This document shows, one piece after another, positions 1-11,182 of a stretch of DNA of 64,000 nt. This stretch comes from an uncultured delta proteobacterium (GTDB taxonomy: Bacteria; Desulfobacterota; WTBG01; CAIYCZ01), in assembly GCA_963803975.1 (NCBI GenBank), contig CAWDOY010000001.1, positions 32,001 through 96,000 of the forward strand, written 5' to 3'. The position numbers and the translations under genes are program-made. The notes below the pieces were generated by a model. That model made no database searches and was not told the DNA's origin. It saw nothing but the letters and a program-made list of their open reading frames with translations. Position 1 is the stretch's first letter, and each line of letters starts with the position of its first letter.

Positions 1-280
1 TCGGATGTACGGCTTCCTTCACCGTCATGGCGTTGTCAAGCTGCGGTTCCTGCTCTAACAGGCCGCGCGTATATCCCTTGGTCAGCATGGTCTCGCCGAG
101 ATACTCGTCTTCGACGCCGGCCATGATCTTGAGCAGCGTACTTTTACCTGATCCGTTCAGGCCCAGAACGCCGATCTTTGCGCCGTAGAAAAAGCCCAGC
201 GAAATATCGCGCAGCACCTGTTTATTCGGCGGATACATCTTGCCAACGCGCACCATGGAATAGATGACTTGATCGGTCAT
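1..280 (-). CDS. ettA: Energy-dependent translational throttle ABC-F protein EttA, N-terminal part (runs off window start)
   Basis: Manual translation [55 protein letters not shown]; Walker A motif and the EttA N-terminal signature. Confidence 0.9.
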   Translation of the reverse strand, partial: MTDQVIYSMVRVGKMYPPNKQVLRDISLGFFYGAKIGVLGLNGSGKSTLLKIMAGVEDEYLGETMLTKGYTRGLLEQEPQLDNAMTVKEAVHP

Positions 281-631
281 GAAAAATCTCCGTTAAAAGT
301 GATGAGTTTAAAGTGAAGGGTTCAGTTACGGCAGAGGCACATGGTTTAACAGGTGTTCAAGACCGATCGCATAAGTCGGAATATCTTCGCGAATGCCGTG
401 TGAAGTCCGCTGCTGCGGCACCATCGTCGTAACTAACAGAATGATCTGGGTCAACAATTGCAGCCGGTGATTCCCGACTTTATACATGGCATAACAATGG
501 GCGCTGGGTCCCCTTTAACCCCCGCCAAATCCAATTGCCCTTTGCCGTCCGAAAAGAATAATAGAAATGCTCTTTGGCTTTATTTTCATTCTGCGGTGAG
601 ATGGTTGCCGAAATCATTCGAGCCATGCGTT

Positions 632-733
632 GCAGGCCTACTCTGCTTGAAAACCCTTTAGCCGGATTTCGGGAGCCTTGCATCTGTGCATTTTTGACCA
701 GCCCGGGAAAAACAACTTTTTCAACAACCTGTC
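632..733 (+). repeat. Degenerate, internally deleted copy of the ~155-bp MITE-like element
   Basis: 665-733 (GCCTTGCATCTG..TTTTTGACCAGCC..ACTTTTTCAACAACCTG) matches the right half of the copy at 24323-24477. Confidence 0.7.
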
Positions 734-781
734 AGTCTCTTAATGTCTGCACTATTTTACACCAGCCAGATTTACCGGTCA

Positions 782-1186
782 TTATGAATGCTGATCCTGC
801 TTTTCCCTAATTATCCTCTGCACATGTTCATAAAAATCCACTACCCTGCGAAGCATTTCGGGGCGGTCAAGGTTCGGCTCGTTGGAGTCGAACAGGTCAT
901 AGCGCATCTGCACTGCAAAAGGGTTAAGCTCGATAAGGTTTTCGAATTGAAAGACACCGCAGCCTTAATCCTGAAGCATCAGAAACAACTGCTGAAGATC
1001 ATGGGTGCGTCCATAATTCCCCCCGGTAAGGATTATCCATGCCTTCAGGGATTTTTCCACTGCCTGTTGAGCATGAAAGCCGAATATTTCGTCGTCAGCA
1101 GAATCAGGGTCAATAAGCGACCGCAGGGCCTTTATGTCTTTTGCGGCCAGGGTTTGCATCATCACGGCCTGCTCAGGCACGCTCAT
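782..1186 (-). pseudogene. HEPN domain protein interrupted by an in-frame TAA at 965-967
   Basis: FHAQQAVEKSLKA and THDL motifs. After the stop the same frame continues LIELNPFAVQMRY to TAA at 782-784 (135 codons in total). Confidence 0.8.
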
Positions 1187-1505
1187 ATAAAACTCTCCCT
1201 TCTTTTAACGCATGGGAAATGACGTGGTTGCCGGCTGTTCGCCACTTTTCGATTTCCTCCGCAGTATACACCAGAAAATCCTTTGCAACCCGGTAGGCAC
1301 CGAGAAGCTTCCAGAGCCGGGTCATTTCAGCGCGGCGGCTTCGCTGGGCATTGAAAGGACCATCCTCAACCACCAGGAAATCGAGGTCTGAGTCGGCGCT
1401 TGCAGCGCCGCGGACATGCGAACCAAAGAGAATGACTTTACGGGGGTTGACCTCTCTGACAATTTTGTCAGTCATTTCCTGAAGTATATCTTCGGTTATA
1501 TGCAT
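1173..1505 (-). CDS. Minimal nucleotidyltransferase (MNT) antitoxin
   Basis: LFGSHVRGAASADSDLD (GSx10DxD); GGAGG RBS before ATG at 1505; overlaps the HEPN start. Confidence 0.85.
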   Translation of the reverse strand: MHITEDILQEMTDKIVREVNPRKVILFGSHVRGAASADSDLDFLVVEDGPFNAQRSRRAEMTRLWKLLGAYRVAKDFLVYTAEEIEKWRTAGNHVISHALKEGRVLYERA

Positions 1506-1702
1506 TGTGAGTACCTCCGTTATTGTCGCTAAATTCAATTGCTAATAATCAAACGTTACAATAAACACCGGGCCTATCTTAAAAAGCGGTTTATCTTCAC
1601 TCATATGCTGATACCCTCACGATAAACATTGCTGATAAAGGCGGATTCCCGAAGGGGACTGTTTTTTAAATTCGCCCCTCATGTATGACCGATCATATTT
1701 TG

Positions 1703-2110
1703 CTATTCATCAAGCTTCTTTAGTTCGATTCCTAAAACGCTCTCAAGCTCTTTGATACATATTTCAGCTTTTGCAATCCACTCCGGCACTTTATCATGTT
1801 CAAAGTGAACAAAATCTCCATAATCGCTTTTCTGCCTGAAATCAAACATGACAGAATAGAATTTGCCGGTCTCTACGCTGACCTTGCCGGTTTTGACAAA
1901 GTGCTCATTGAACATTGCCCTTACGCCACTATGCTTTGCAGATGCCAGATCAAAAGCAGCAAGCAGGGCAGACACCTCATAAAACAGGGAATAATAGATA
2001 CGATTCACCGCAGAATATAAACTGTTTTCACGGTAAAGAATTTTTGCATCCTGCAGTGTTTCCTGCGCCCGTTTTCTTCTATAGGTGAGCAACTCATTTT
2101 TCTGGTTCAT
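1703..2110 (-). CDS. HEPN domain protein (COG1895-like)
   Basis: AVNRIYYSLF, KHSGV and FDFRQKSDYG motifs; 4-nt overlap with the upstream MNT. Confidence 0.85.
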   Translation of the reverse strand: MNQKNELLTYRRKRAQETLQDAKILYRENSLYSAVNRIYYSLFYEVSALLAAFDLASAKHSGVRAMFNEHFVKTGKVSVETGKFYSVMFDFRQKSDYGDFVHFEHDKVPEWIAKAEICIKELESVLGIELKKLDE

Positions 2111-2433
2111 ACTACAATCCCCTCATTTTTTATGCTTTGATAGATTGGCATGCACATACACTGTGGTGATTTCCAGAAAGCCCTGGAATACACGATAATT
2201 CCAAAAATCACATTGCAGTTGAGCTCAACATCATAGGCAAGATTAAAAATTTCCTCCTCGATAGAATTGGTTACTTCTAAGGGGACAAGAACAAGAATGT
2301 CTATATCAGATAAGGAACCATACTCACCACGAGCTGCTGAACCAAAAAGATGCAGTTCTGTCGCTGTACCAAATTTTATTATCAATCTTTTTTTCAGCTC
2401 AAGAATGGCTTCTTGTATCTTTTTACTTTCCAT
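2107..2433 (-). CDS. Minimal nucleotidyltransferase (MNT) antitoxin
   Basis: LFGSAARGEYGSLSDIDILV (GSx10DxD); paired with HEPN. Confidence 0.85.
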   Translation of the reverse strand: MESKKIQEAILELKKRLIIKFGTATELHLFGSAARGEYGSLSDIDILVLVPLEVTNSIEEEIFNLAYDVELNCNVIFGIIVYSRAFWKSPQCMCMPIYQSIKNEGIVV

Positions 2434-2625
2434 ATGCGCGCTTTCCATTTGATTGTCAAAGATTGCGGAAGGTTGTTTTAAACAAGGAATATGCGTGATG
2501 AGTATATGATTAAAACATTGGTGTGTCAAAGAAAAAGCAAGAAATATGAATTAGTTTGGGCTGCTGCAGGGAGCCTTTTAGCTTGCTAAAGAAAGAGGCC
2601 TGTGGTAAAAATTTTAACCTTAAAT

Positions 2626-2683
2626 CCCTCACTCCCGTATCAAGTACGGGACAGGCTTGATCCGCTCCCGAAAGGGGAGAGGA
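2626..2683. repeat. REP-like palindromic element upstream of leuS
   Basis: Hairpin TCCCGTA-TCAAG-TACGGGA nested in a CCCTCAC...CTCCCGAAAGGGGAGAGG scaffold. Confidence 0.55.
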
Positions 2684-2733
2684 GATTTAATTTTTATAGC
2701 TGGGTCTCATATAGTTAAAGGATTTTACAGGAT

Positions 2734-5313
2734 ATGGACAAGGTATATGCTGCGCACGGGATAGAAGAAAAGTGGCAGCAGTTCTGGGAACAGAATAAGA
2801 TATTCAAGGTCATCGAAGACGCGCAGAAGAAAAAGTATTATCTCCTGGAGATGTTTCCCTATCCTTCGGGCCGCATCCATATGGGCCACGTGCGCAACTA
2901 CACCATCGGTGACGTGGTGGCGCGCTTCATGATGATGCGGGGCTATAATGTCCTGCACCCCATGGGCTGGGACGCCTTCGGCATGCCGGCGGAAAACGCG
3001 GCCATCCAGAGCAACACCCACCCGCACGAGTGGACCTACAAAAACATTGACACCATGCGCGGCCAGCTGAAGCGCATGGGCTTCAGCTATGACTGGGACC
3101 GGGAGCTTGCGACCTGCGACCTCAGCTACTACAAGTGGGAGCAGTGGCTGTTCCTGAAGATGCTTGAGCGGGACCTGGTGTATCGCAAAAAATCTTTTGT
3201 GAACTGGTGCGAGTCATGCCAGACGGTGCTCGCCAACGAGCAGGTGGAAAACGGCTCGTGCTGGCGCTGCAAGAACGAGGTCACCCAGAAGGAGCTTTCC
3301 CAGTGGTTTTTTCGCATCACCAAATATGCTGATGAGCTGCTCGCATCGCTTGACACGCTTACCGGCTGGCCGGAGCGCGTGGTCACCATGCAGCGCAACT
3401 GGATCGGCAGAAGCTATGGCACGGAGATAGCCTTTGCGCTGGAAAATTCATCCGAGAAGATAACCGTTTTTACCACCCGGCCTGATACCCTGTACGGCGC
3501 AACGTTCATGAGCCTCGCGCCGGAGAACCCTTTGGCGCTCAAGCTTGCGGAAGGCACGCCCCAGCACGAAAGCGTGCAGTCATTCATCGAGCGGATTTTG
3601 AAGCAGGACAAGACCGTGCGCACAGCCGAAGACCTGGAGAAGGAGGGCGTGTTCACCGGCGCCTACTGCATCAACCCGGTGAGCGGTTTCAGGATGCCCG
3701 TCTATGTGGCGAATTTTGTTCTCATGGAATACGGCACTGGCGCGGTCATGGCAGTGCCGACCCATGACCAGCGGGATTTTGAATTTGCTAAAAAATACGG
3801 CCTTGATCTAATCGTTGTCATCCAGCCCGAGGGCGAGACGCTTGACCCGAAGACCATGACCCAGGCCTATGTGGAAGAGGGCATCATGGTCAACTCGCAG
3901 CAGTTCAACGGCACAAAAAATACCGCGGCCATGGAAAAGATTACCGCGCATCTTGAACAAAAGGGCCTCGGCAAAAAAGCGGTGAACTACCGCTTGAAGG
4001 ACTGGGGCATTTCCCGGCAGCGCTACTGGGGAAATCCCATCCCCGTTATCTACTGTGACTCTTGCGGCATCGTGCCGGTGCCGGAAAAGGACCTGCCGGT
4101 GGTGCTGCCCAAAGATGTGGCATTTACCGGCATTGGGCAGTCGCCGCTGGCAAGATCCCCCGGCTTTGTGAATACGGAGTGCCCGCGCTGCGCAAAGCCC
4201 GCCCGGAGGGAGACCGACACCATGGACACCTTCGTGGAATCATCCTGGTATTTTGAGCGCTATGCCTGCCCTGATTATGATACGGGGCCGCTTGATGCGG
4301 CAAAGGTACAATACTGGATGCCGGTTGACCAGTATATCGGCGGCATTGAGCATGCGGTGCTGCATCTTCTCTACGCGCGGTTTTTTACCAAGGTGCTGCG
4401 CGACCTGGGGCTGGTCCAGGTGGATGAGCCGTTTGTGAACCTCCTCACCCAGGGCATGGTGTGCAAGGAGACGCAGCGCTGCGGGACGCATGGCTGGCTC
4501 TACCCCGAAGACGCGGAGAACGGCGTCTGCAAACAGTGCGGCAGTCCCGTGCAAATGGGAAGAATAGAGAAGATGTCCAAATCAACCAGGAACGTGATTG
4601 ACCCGGAGCAGCTCATAGAGAAATACGGAGCTGACACGGCGCGCCTCTTCTGTTTGTTTGCCGCGCCGCCGGAAAGGGATCTGGAGTGGAGCGACCAGGG
4701 GGTTGAGGGCGCGTACCGCTTCCTGTCCCGGGTGTGGCGGCTGGTGGCGGAATACCGGGAGGAGCTGGCAACGGCAAACCCCGTTGTTTCAGGTGACGTA
4801 ACAGAAGCGGCGATACGGGAGCTGCGGAGGAAAACCCACCAGACGATTAAAAAAGTTACTGAAGACATCGCCGAGCGGTTTCATTTTAATACTGCGATCA
4901 GCGCGGTGATGGAGCTGGTAAACCAACTCTACCAGTTTGACCCGCGACAGATACAGAACCCGCAGGCATGGTCAGCCCTGCGGGAGGCAGTAGAAGCCGT
5001 GATACTGCTGCTTGCTCCCATGGTGCCGCACCTCTGCGAAGAGCTGTGGCGCGAGCTGGGCGGAAGCGGCAGCATTATCCAGAAGCCGTGGCCCTCCTTT
5101 GACCCGGTAATCGCAGAGGCCGAGGAAGCGGTGATTGTTATTCAGGTCAATGGCAAGCTGCGGGGGCAGCTCACTGTCAGCGCCAGGGCTTCAGCGGAAG
5201 AGATTCAAGAGCAGGCCATGGCCTGCGAAAAAGTTCAGCCGTGGATTTCCGGCAAACAGATAAAAAAGATAATCACCGTGCCGGGCAAACTTATAAATAT
5301 AGTGGTCATATAA
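2734..5313 (+). CDS. leuS: Leucine--tRNA ligase
   Basis: MFPYPSG-IHMGH (HIGH), [20 protein letters not shown]; 859 aa. Confidence 0.98.
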   Translation: MDKVYAAHGIEEKWQQFWEQNKIFKVIEDAQKKKYYLLEMFPYPSGRIHMGHVRNYTIGDVVARFMMMRGYNVLHPMGWDAFGMPAENAAIQSNTHPHEWTYKNIDTMRGQLKRMGFSYDWDRELATCDLSYYKWEQWLFLKMLERDLVYRKKSFVNWCESCQTVLANEQVENGSCWRCKNEVTQKELSQWFFRITKYADELLASLDTLTGWPERVVTMQRNWIGRSYGTEIAFALENSSEKITVFTTRPDTLYGATFMSLAPENPLALKLAEGTPQHESVQSFIERILKQDKTVRTAEDLEKEGVFTGAYCINPVSGFRMPVYVANFVLMEYGTGAVMAVPTHDQRDFEFAKKYGLDLIVVIQPEGETLDPKTMTQAYVEEGIMVNSQQFNGTKNTAAMEKITAHLEQKGLGKKAVNYRLKDWGISRQRYWGNPIPVIYCDSCGIVPVPEKDLPVVLPKDVAFTGIGQSPLARSPGFVNTECPRCAKPARRETDTMDTFVESSWYFERYACPDYDTGPLDAAKVQYWMPVDQYIGGIEHAVLHLLYARFFTKVLRDLGLVQVDEPFVNLLTQGMVCKETQRCGTHGWLYPEDAENGVCKQCGSPVQMGRIEKMSKSTRNVIDPEQLIEKYGADTARLFCLFAAPPERDLEWSDQGVEGAYRFLSRVWRLVAEYREELATANPVVSGDVTEAAIRELRRKTHQTIKKVTEDIAERFHFNTAISAVMELVNQLYQFDPRQIQNPQAWSALREAVEAVILLLAPMVPHLCEELWRELGGSGSIIQKPWPSFDPVIAEAEEAVIVIQVNGKLRGQLTVSARASAEEIQEQAMACEKVQPWISGKQIKKIITVPGKLINIVVI

Positions 5314-5315
5314 AG

Positions 5316-5840
5316 ATGAAAACAAGACAGCTCTTTTTAAAATGCACGATTGTTATGATACTGCTTGCAGCAGCAGGCTGCGGCTACCGGCTGGCGGGCA
5401 GAGATAATCCCCTGCTTGGCGGCATCAACACTATTGCCATTCCCTATTTTAAAAATGAGACCTTTGAGGCGGGTGCCGAGTCAGCATTTACCCGGGCTTT
5501 TGCCGATCAATTTATTCAGAGCAAACGGCTTCAGGTGGTGAGCGTTGACAGGGCGGATGTGATTCTCCGGGGGACCATAAAGACTATCCGGGAAGAGATT
5601 ATCTCCTATAACAAGAATGACAAGGCCATGGAGTACCGGGTGTACGTGACCCTTGATCTGGCTTTGGAAAAGCGGGATACGGGAGAAGTTCTGTGGAAAC
5701 GCAAGCGGCTCAGGCATAACGAGGAATACCAGGTGAGCAATGATATTATGGTTACTGAGACCGGTAAAAACGTGGCCCTGGAGAAAGTGGCAAAAGACCT
5801 GGCCAAGCGGGTAGAGGAAAGTATTATACAGGGATTTTAA
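5316..5840 (+). CDS. lptE: LPS assembly lipoprotein LptE-like
   Basis: Lipobox LAAAGCGY; conserved leuS-lptE-holA order. Confidence 0.8.
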   Translation: MKTRQLFLKCTIVMILLAAAGCGYRLAGRDNPLLGGINTIAIPYFKNETFEAGAESAFTRAFADQFIQSKRLQVVSVDRADVILRGTIKTIREEIISYNKNDKAMEYRVYVTLDLALEKRDTGEVLWKRKRLRHNEEYQVSNDIMVTETGKNVALEKVAKDLAKRVEESIIQGF

Positions 5841-5872
5841 CCGCGCTGGATGCATTACGTAAAGAGTGGGCT

Positions 5873-6907
5873 ATGGCTATAACACAGGATGCTCTGAAAA
5901 AGCAGATCGCTGCGGGGAAATTTGCTCCCCTGTACTGTTTTTACGGGCAGAATATACTGCGCATCGAAGAAACCGTCAGCTCCCTGCAGGCGGCTCTGTG
6001 CCCCTCCGGCTGTTCGGAATTTGACTGTAACAGCTTTGATGCAGAACTGCACACCCCTGCTGAGATACTGAACGCAGCGCAGACGCTGCCCCTGCAGGCG
6101 GCAATGCGCCTGGTAGTAGTGAAACGGGCCGATGTTTTTAAAGCAGCGCAGTGGGAAGTATTTCACCGGTATCTGGGGAAACCCGCAAAGCGTACCTGCC
6201 TTGTTTTTATTATCAATGCGGAGAAGCTCAGCTTCAGCGGCAAGCTTCAGGCGCTCTTTGATACAGCGGGTGTCATGGTCAGCTTTGAAGCCCGGAAGAA
6301 AGACGCGCTCGATCAGGCAATCAGAGAGTACCTCGCCCGGTGCGGAAAAAAAATATCTCCGGATGCACTGCAGCTCATTATCGACACCCTGGGCGCTGAA
6401 TCTGCAATGCTCTACCAGGAGCTTGAGAAGCTGGCGCTTTACTGCGGGGACCGGGCGGGCATTCGGCGGGATGATGCGGCTGCCGTATTATCAGGAGCTG
6501 AGCAGCACAATGTCTTTCAGCTGGTGGAAGCAATCGGCATGGGTGATACCCGGGCCTCCCTGCAGCGGTTAACTGCGCTGATGGAAAGCGGGATGGAGCC
6601 CCTGCCCATCCTGGGCATGATTTCCCGTCAGTTCCGGCTGCTGGCAGTGGTGCGGGACGCGCTGGAGCAGGGCGGAAAGACCGCTGAAGTTATGACGATG
6701 CTTAAAGAATTTGATAAAAAAGTAAGCAGAGGGAGGGGCAATTTTTATCCGCCCGCGGTTGAGCGTCTCATGAGGCAGGCACGAACATGGTCCCGGAGAA
6801 AAATTTCCCGGGCATTTGAAAAGCTTGCATTCACCGACGCTCTTCTTAAATCGAGCCGGATTGATAAAAAGCTTATTTTAGAGCATCTTATCCTGCAGCT
6901 TGCATAA
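5873..6907 (+). CDS. holA: DNA polymerase III delta subunit
   Basis: RLVVVK, QELEKLALY, PLPILGMISRQFRLL, TDALLKS; synteny. Confidence 0.92.
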   Translation: MAITQDALKKQIAAGKFAPLYCFYGQNILRIEETVSSLQAALCPSGCSEFDCNSFDAELHTPAEILNAAQTLPLQAAMRLVVVKRADVFKAAQWEVFHRYLGKPAKRTCLVFIINAEKLSFSGKLQALFDTAGVMVSFEARKKDALDQAIREYLARCGKKISPDALQLIIDTLGAESAMLYQELEKLALYCGDRAGIRRDDAAAVLSGAEQHNVFQLVEAIGMGDTRASLQRLTALMESGMEPLPILGMISRQFRLLAVVRDALEQGGKTAEVMTMLKEFDKKVSRGRGNFYPPAVERLMRQARTWSRRKISRAFEKLAFTDALLKSSRIDKKLILEHLILQLA

Positions 6908-6926
6908 CCGGGCGAGGCTCTCCCGG

Positions 6927-7190
6927 TCAGGCCAGGGAGTTTGCCCGTTTGGTGAGCCGGGAAATTTTTCGTGAAGCGGTCTTTTTGTGAATGACGCCTT
7001 TAGCAGCTGTTCTGGCAATAGTAGCTGTGGTTGCCCGCAAAGCTTTCTGCGTTGCCGGCTTGTCTTTGCTCTCTACTGCATCAGAGAGGGTTTTCATGCT
7101 GGTCTTCATTTGTGAGCGAACGATGCGGTTGCGCAGCCGCCGCTTCTGATTTTGCCGGTGTCTTTTAAGTGCTGATTCGTGTGTTGCCAA
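6927..7190 (-). CDS. rpsT: 30S ribosomal protein S20
   Basis: SALKRHRQNQKRRLRN...KGVIHKKTASRKISRL; convergent with holA. Confidence 0.95.
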   Translation of the reverse strand: MATHESALKRHRQNQKRRLRNRIVRSQMKTSMKTLSDAVESKDKPATQKALRATTATIARTAAKGVIHKKTASRKISRLTKRANSLA

Positions 7191-7263
7191 TGGTGTCTCC
7201 TTTTGGTAAAAATTTCATAGGGCGCCATACTAACTATTTTTGCCTGTATTGTCAAGCGTTTAT

Positions 7264-7797
7264 ATGGAAATCTCCTACACCTGTTTTGAAACACCGTGGG
7301 GATGGTGCGGGCTGGTCAGGGGCAGTGCCGGGCTGCTGAGAATCTTTCTTCCTGAACCTGACCGGGCACTGCTTGAGGATAAGATCCGTACCGGGTATCC
7401 CCTGTTTTCCGAAGACGCTCCCGCAGAGCTTGCGCAGGAACGGGAAGCCCTGCAGAGCTATTTTTCCGGAGGCAACCCCGCTTTTTCATTCCCGCTTGAT
7501 TTCGCGGGAGCAACGCCTTTTCAGAAAGCGGTATGGAAGGCGGTGCGGAAAATTCCCTATGGCCAGGTGAGAACCTACCAGTGGGTCTCAAAACAGATAA
7601 AAAATCTTCACTCAATGAGAGCAGCAGGCAATGCCCTGGGCCGGAATCCGTTCCCGATAGTGATCCCTTGTCACCGGGTCATACGGGAAGATGGCCTTTT
7701 GGGGGGATTTTCAGCTCCTATGGGACTGCAGATGAAGGCAGCGCTTCTGGAGCTTGAGGGCATTACGCTGGAACCGTATCAGTTGAAGTTTGCATGA
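7264..7797 (+). CDS. ogt: Methylated-DNA--protein-cysteine methyltransferase
   Basis: FQKAVW..IPYG, NPFPIVIPCHRVI active-site motif. Confidence 0.92.
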   Translation: MEISYTCFETPWGWCGLVRGSAGLLRIFLPEPDRALLEDKIRTGYPLFSEDAPAELAQEREALQSYFSGGNPAFSFPLDFAGATPFQKAVWKAVRKIPYGQVRTYQWVSKQIKNLHSMRAAGNALGRNPFPIVIPCHRVIREDGLLGGFSAPMGLQMKAALLELEGITLEPYQLKFA

Positions 7798-7827
7798 CCA
7801 GCTCACAGAGTAAACAGGGAGCGTTGA

Positions 7828-9171
7828 ATGTCAGACCACGTGATCGAATGGAATGCGGTAGAAAAGGAAGCAGTAGAGCTTTTGAGCCGCTACATTCAAA
7901 TAAATACCATAAACCCGCCCGGCAATGAAATTGAGGGAGCACGGTTTCTTCAAAAGGTTTTAGCCACAGAGGGTATTCCCTGCGAGGTGTTTGAATCTGA
8001 CCAGGGCCGCGGCAGTCTTATAACGCAATTTTCCGGCTCAGGCAGCATCCCGGAGATTATCCTGCTGCATCATATTGACGTGGTTCCGGTAGAAGAGGAT
8101 AAATGGGAGCATCCGCCGCTATCGGGGGTTGTGCTCAATGGTGAAATCTGGGGGCGGGGGGCGCTTGACTGCAAGTCCCTGGGCATCATGCAGCTTATGG
8201 CCTTTGTTCTGCTGAAGCGGCAGGGCTTCTCCCCGGAACAGCGCATCGTCCTTGCAGCAACAGCCGACGAAGAGGCAGGCAGCGTTAAAGGCGCGGAATG
8301 GCTGATGCAGCACGTTCCCGAAAAGCTAAACGCTCGCTGGGTGATAAACGAAGGCGGGGGGCTGGGACTCAAGACCGGGCAGAGCAACCTGCATTTCTGC
8401 CAGGTTGCGGAAAAGGGCGTGTGCTGGGTGCGCATTACCTTTCAGGGAAAGCCGGGCCATGGCTCGCTGCCCCATGACCGCAACTGCGTGGTGGAAATGG
8501 CGAAAGCCATTGAAGCGCTGGCAGAGCATCGCTCGCCTTTTATCGTTACCGAGCCGGCAGAACAATTTATCTCCGGCATTGCCCGCGAACAGGGATACAT
8601 GCCTGCCGCAGAGTTCATGAAGCTGCTTGACCCGGCCCAGGCAGAAGCCGTGCTTGCTGCCATTCCCGAGCCGGTCCTGCAGCTGGTCCTCAATGCCTGC
8701 CTGCGCAATACCTTTACGCCGACGGTGACCAAAGCCGGCAGCAAAACCAATGTCATCCCGGGTGAATGCTTCTGTGAAATAGATTGCCGGATGCTGCCCG
8801 GCACAACACCCGAAGATATGGTCATGACCATTGAGCAGGTGCTCCGGGCAAAAGGATGCAGGAACTTTTCTATAGAGATTCTGCACTCCTCAATTCCCAC
8901 TGCATCAGCAACCAGCACGCCGCTCTACCGCCTGTTTGAAAGCACGCTGAAAAAGCATGACCCTAAAGCGCAGTTAATCCCTTACATGTCTTCAGGCGCC
9001 ACTGATTCGCGATTTTTCCGGGAGCGGGGTATCGTGGCCTACGGCATGCAGATGGAGTCATCGTTGACGTCCATGGAGCGCATGCACGGCCATAATGAGC
9101 GCATTGCCATAGAGAACCTGCTGCTGGGGATACAGGTGCTCTATGATACGCTGCAGGAGTTCTGCAAATAG
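7828..9171 (+). CDS. M20/M25/M40 family metallo-hydrolase (peptidase/deacylase)
   Basis: HIDVVP, GRGALDCK, DEE, GATDSRF, HGHNE. Confidence 0.9.
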   Translation: MSDHVIEWNAVEKEAVELLSRYIQINTINPPGNEIEGARFLQKVLATEGIPCEVFESDQGRGSLITQFSGSGSIPEIILLHHIDVVPVEEDKWEHPPLSGVVLNGEIWGRGALDCKSLGIMQLMAFVLLKRQGFSPEQRIVLAATADEEAGSVKGAEWLMQHVPEKLNARWVINEGGGLGLKTGQSNLHFCQVAEKGVCWVRITFQGKPGHGSLPHDRNCVVEMAKAIEALAEHRSPFIVTEPAEQFISGIAREQGYMPAAEFMKLLDPAQAEAVLAAIPEPVLQLVLNACLRNTFTPTVTKAGSKTNVIPGECFCEIDCRMLPGTTPEDMVMTIEQVLRAKGCRNFSIEILHSSIPTASATSTPLYRLFESTLKKHDPKAQLIPYMSSGATDSRFFRERGIVAYGMQMESSLTSMERMHGHNERIAIENLLLGIQVLYDTLQEFCK

Positions 9172-9292
9172 CCACGGGCCTTTTTTCAATTGACTTATGC
9201 GGTGTTTGTTTTAAAAATAAATGCAGTGGAGCGGGAAAGAAACCTTTCTCTGCGTCCTCTGCGGTTTCATTACCTTTCGTTAAGGGGGTTAT

Positions 9293-10093
9293 ATGATTGG
9301 AAAACAGATTCGGTTAGAGCGTATCATTAATAGAAATTCGAGAAAGTCAGTGATTATCCCCATGGATCACGGGGTGACCATAGGCCCGGTGCCCGGTCTC
9401 ATTGACATGAAGAAGACCGTTGACGCCATTGCCGAAGGCGGCGCCAACGCCATCGTGATGCACAAGGGCCTGGTTGCCAACGGCCACCGCGGAAGCGGTA
9501 AAGACGTGGGTCTCATCATCCATCTGTCCGCCAGCACCAAGCTGGCACCGGACCCTAACGCGAAAATGCTCGTGTGCACGGTGGAGGAAGCAGTGCGGTT
9601 CGGCGCTGACGCGGTCTCCATTCATATCAACATCGGCGCTGATGATGAGAAAGACATGCTGCGGGATTTTGGCTATGTGTCGCGTGAAGCGCAATCCTGG
9701 GGCATGCCGCTGCTGGCCATGATGTATACCCGGGGCAAGAAGATAAAAAATGAATATGATGTGAGCGTGGTTAAGCACGCGGCGCGGGTCGGAGCCGAGC
9801 TGGGGGCGGATATTGTCAAAGTTCCCTACACCGGGTCTCCGGCAACGTTCCGCGAGGTTGTCGAGGGCAGTTTTGTGCCGGTGGTTATAGCAGGCGGAGA
9901 AAAGATGGAAACCGATGAAGATATTCTGAACATGGTCAAAGGCTCTCTTGATGCCGGGGGAGCGGGAGTTTCCATCGGCCGCAACGCCTTTCAGCACCAC
10001 GCGCCGGAGCGGATCGTAAAGGCAATAAGCCTCCTGGTGCATGAAGACAGCTCAATAAAAGAGGCTCTTAAACTGTTGAAGGAAAAAAGATGA
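9293..10093 (+). CDS. 2-amino-3,7-dideoxy-D-threo-hept-6-ulosonate synthase (DhnA-type class I aldolase, AroA')
   Basis: [13 protein letters not shown] (Schiff-base Lys), IAGG, GRNAFQ; coupled to DHQ synthase II. Confidence 0.85.
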   Translation: MIGKQIRLERIINRNSRKSVIIPMDHGVTIGPVPGLIDMKKTVDAIAEGGANAIVMHKGLVANGHRGSGKDVGLIIHLSASTKLAPDPNAKMLVCTVEEAVRFGADAVSIHINIGADDEKDMLRDFGYVSREAQSWGMPLLAMMYTRGKKIKNEYDVSVVKHAARVGAELGADIVKVPYTGSPATFREVVEGSFVPVVIAGGEKMETDEDILNMVKGSLDAGGAGVSIGRNAFQHHAPERIVKAISLLVHEDSSIKEALKLLKEKR

Positions 10094-11082
10094 AACAAAT
10101 CTGGGTCAAAGTTGATCCCTGGGATAAGGACATTGCCATTGCCGCCCTTGAGAGCGGTGCCGAGGCCCTGGTGCTGCCGCCGGGCCACAGCGCTGAGGCA
10201 AAAAAGTTCGGCGTCATCCGCACCATAGCAGCAGATGGCGATCTGAAGCCGGGGACGGATGTTTTCATGGTTGATATAGCCTCAAAAGAAGATGAGCAGC
10301 GGATAGCGCGGCTTGCCCCGGACAAGCCGGTGATGGTAACAACGCGGGACTGGACCATCATTCCCCTGGAGAATCTTATCGCCCAGCGGCAGAATATTTT
10401 TCTTGAGGTGGCAACGCTTGCCGATGCCCGGACCGCACTGGCAATTCTGGAACGGGGAGTTGACGGCATTGTTATCAACAACCGGGATGAGGCTGAGCTG
10501 CGAAAGATTATCGCGGCGCTCAAGGAAGAAGGGGAACAGCTGTGTCTGGCGGAAGCAGCAATCACCCGGGTGCTGCCGCTTACCATGGGGGACCGGGTAT
10601 GCATTGATACCTGCTCGTCAATGGGCCTTGGAGAGGGAATGCTCATTGGCAACAGCAGCAGCGGCATGTTTCTGGTGCACGCGGAGTCAATTGAAAACCC
10701 GTACGTGGCGCCGCGGCCGTTCCGGGTGAATGCCGGGCCCGTGCACGCCTATGTCAGGGTTCCAGGCGGCACGACGCGCTATCTCTCAGAACTGAAAGCC
10801 GGGGACCCGGTGCTCATTGTAACCAGCGAGGGAAAGACCGAACAGGCAGTGGTGGGGCGGGTTAAAATAGAGAAGCGGCCCCTGGTGTTCATCGAAGCAG
10901 CTGTAAAGGACAGGATTTTTTCCGCAATCCTGCAGAATGCCGAGACCGTGCGTCTTACCGCGCCCGGCGGCACCCCGGTATCTGTTGTTGAACTCAGCCG
11001 GGGAACTAAAGTCCTGGTGCTGGTGGAAGCGGCCGGCCGGCATTTCGGCATGAAGGTGGAAGAATCAATAGAAGAAAAGTAG
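10090..11082 (+). CDS. 3-dehydroquinate synthase II (AroB')
   Basis: [54 protein letters not shown]. Confidence 0.93.
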   Translation: MKQIWVKVDPWDKDIAIAALESGAEALVLPPGHSAEAKKFGVIRTIAADGDLKPGTDVFMVDIASKEDEQRIARLAPDKPVMVTTRDWTIIPLENLIAQRQNIFLEVATLADARTALAILERGVDGIVINNRDEAELRKIIAALKEEGEQLCLAEAAITRVLPLTMGDRVCIDTCSSMGLGEGMLIGNSSSGMFLVHAESIENPYVAPRPFRVNAGPVHAYVRVPGGTTRYLSELKAGDPVLIVTSEGKTEQAVVGRVKIEKRPLVFIEAAVKDRIFSAILQNAETVRLTAPGGTPVSVVELSRGTKVLVLVEAAGRHFGMKVEESIEEK

Positions 11083-11110
11083 CGCATTTCCCGCAAGCAC
11101 GCACCTTCAG

Positions 11111-11134
11111 GGCCCGTTCAATGAACGGGCCGTA
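11111..11134. repeat. Short REP-like palindrome or hairpin
   Basis: GGCCCGTTCA-A-TGAACGGGCC inverted repeat after aroB'. Confidence 0.55.
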
Positions 11135-11182
11135 TGAGATATAAATAATAACCTTCCAACGCATAATTATTCCTTTTATATC

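Noticed and set aside
300..810. Short ORFs (458-661, 480-683, 574-810)
   Set aside because: No motifs or RBS; they partly translate a MITE remnant
965..967. Possible selenocysteine/pyrrolysine readthrough in the HEPN gene
   Set aside because: The stop is TAA, not TGA or TAG, and other genes terminate normally at all three stop codons
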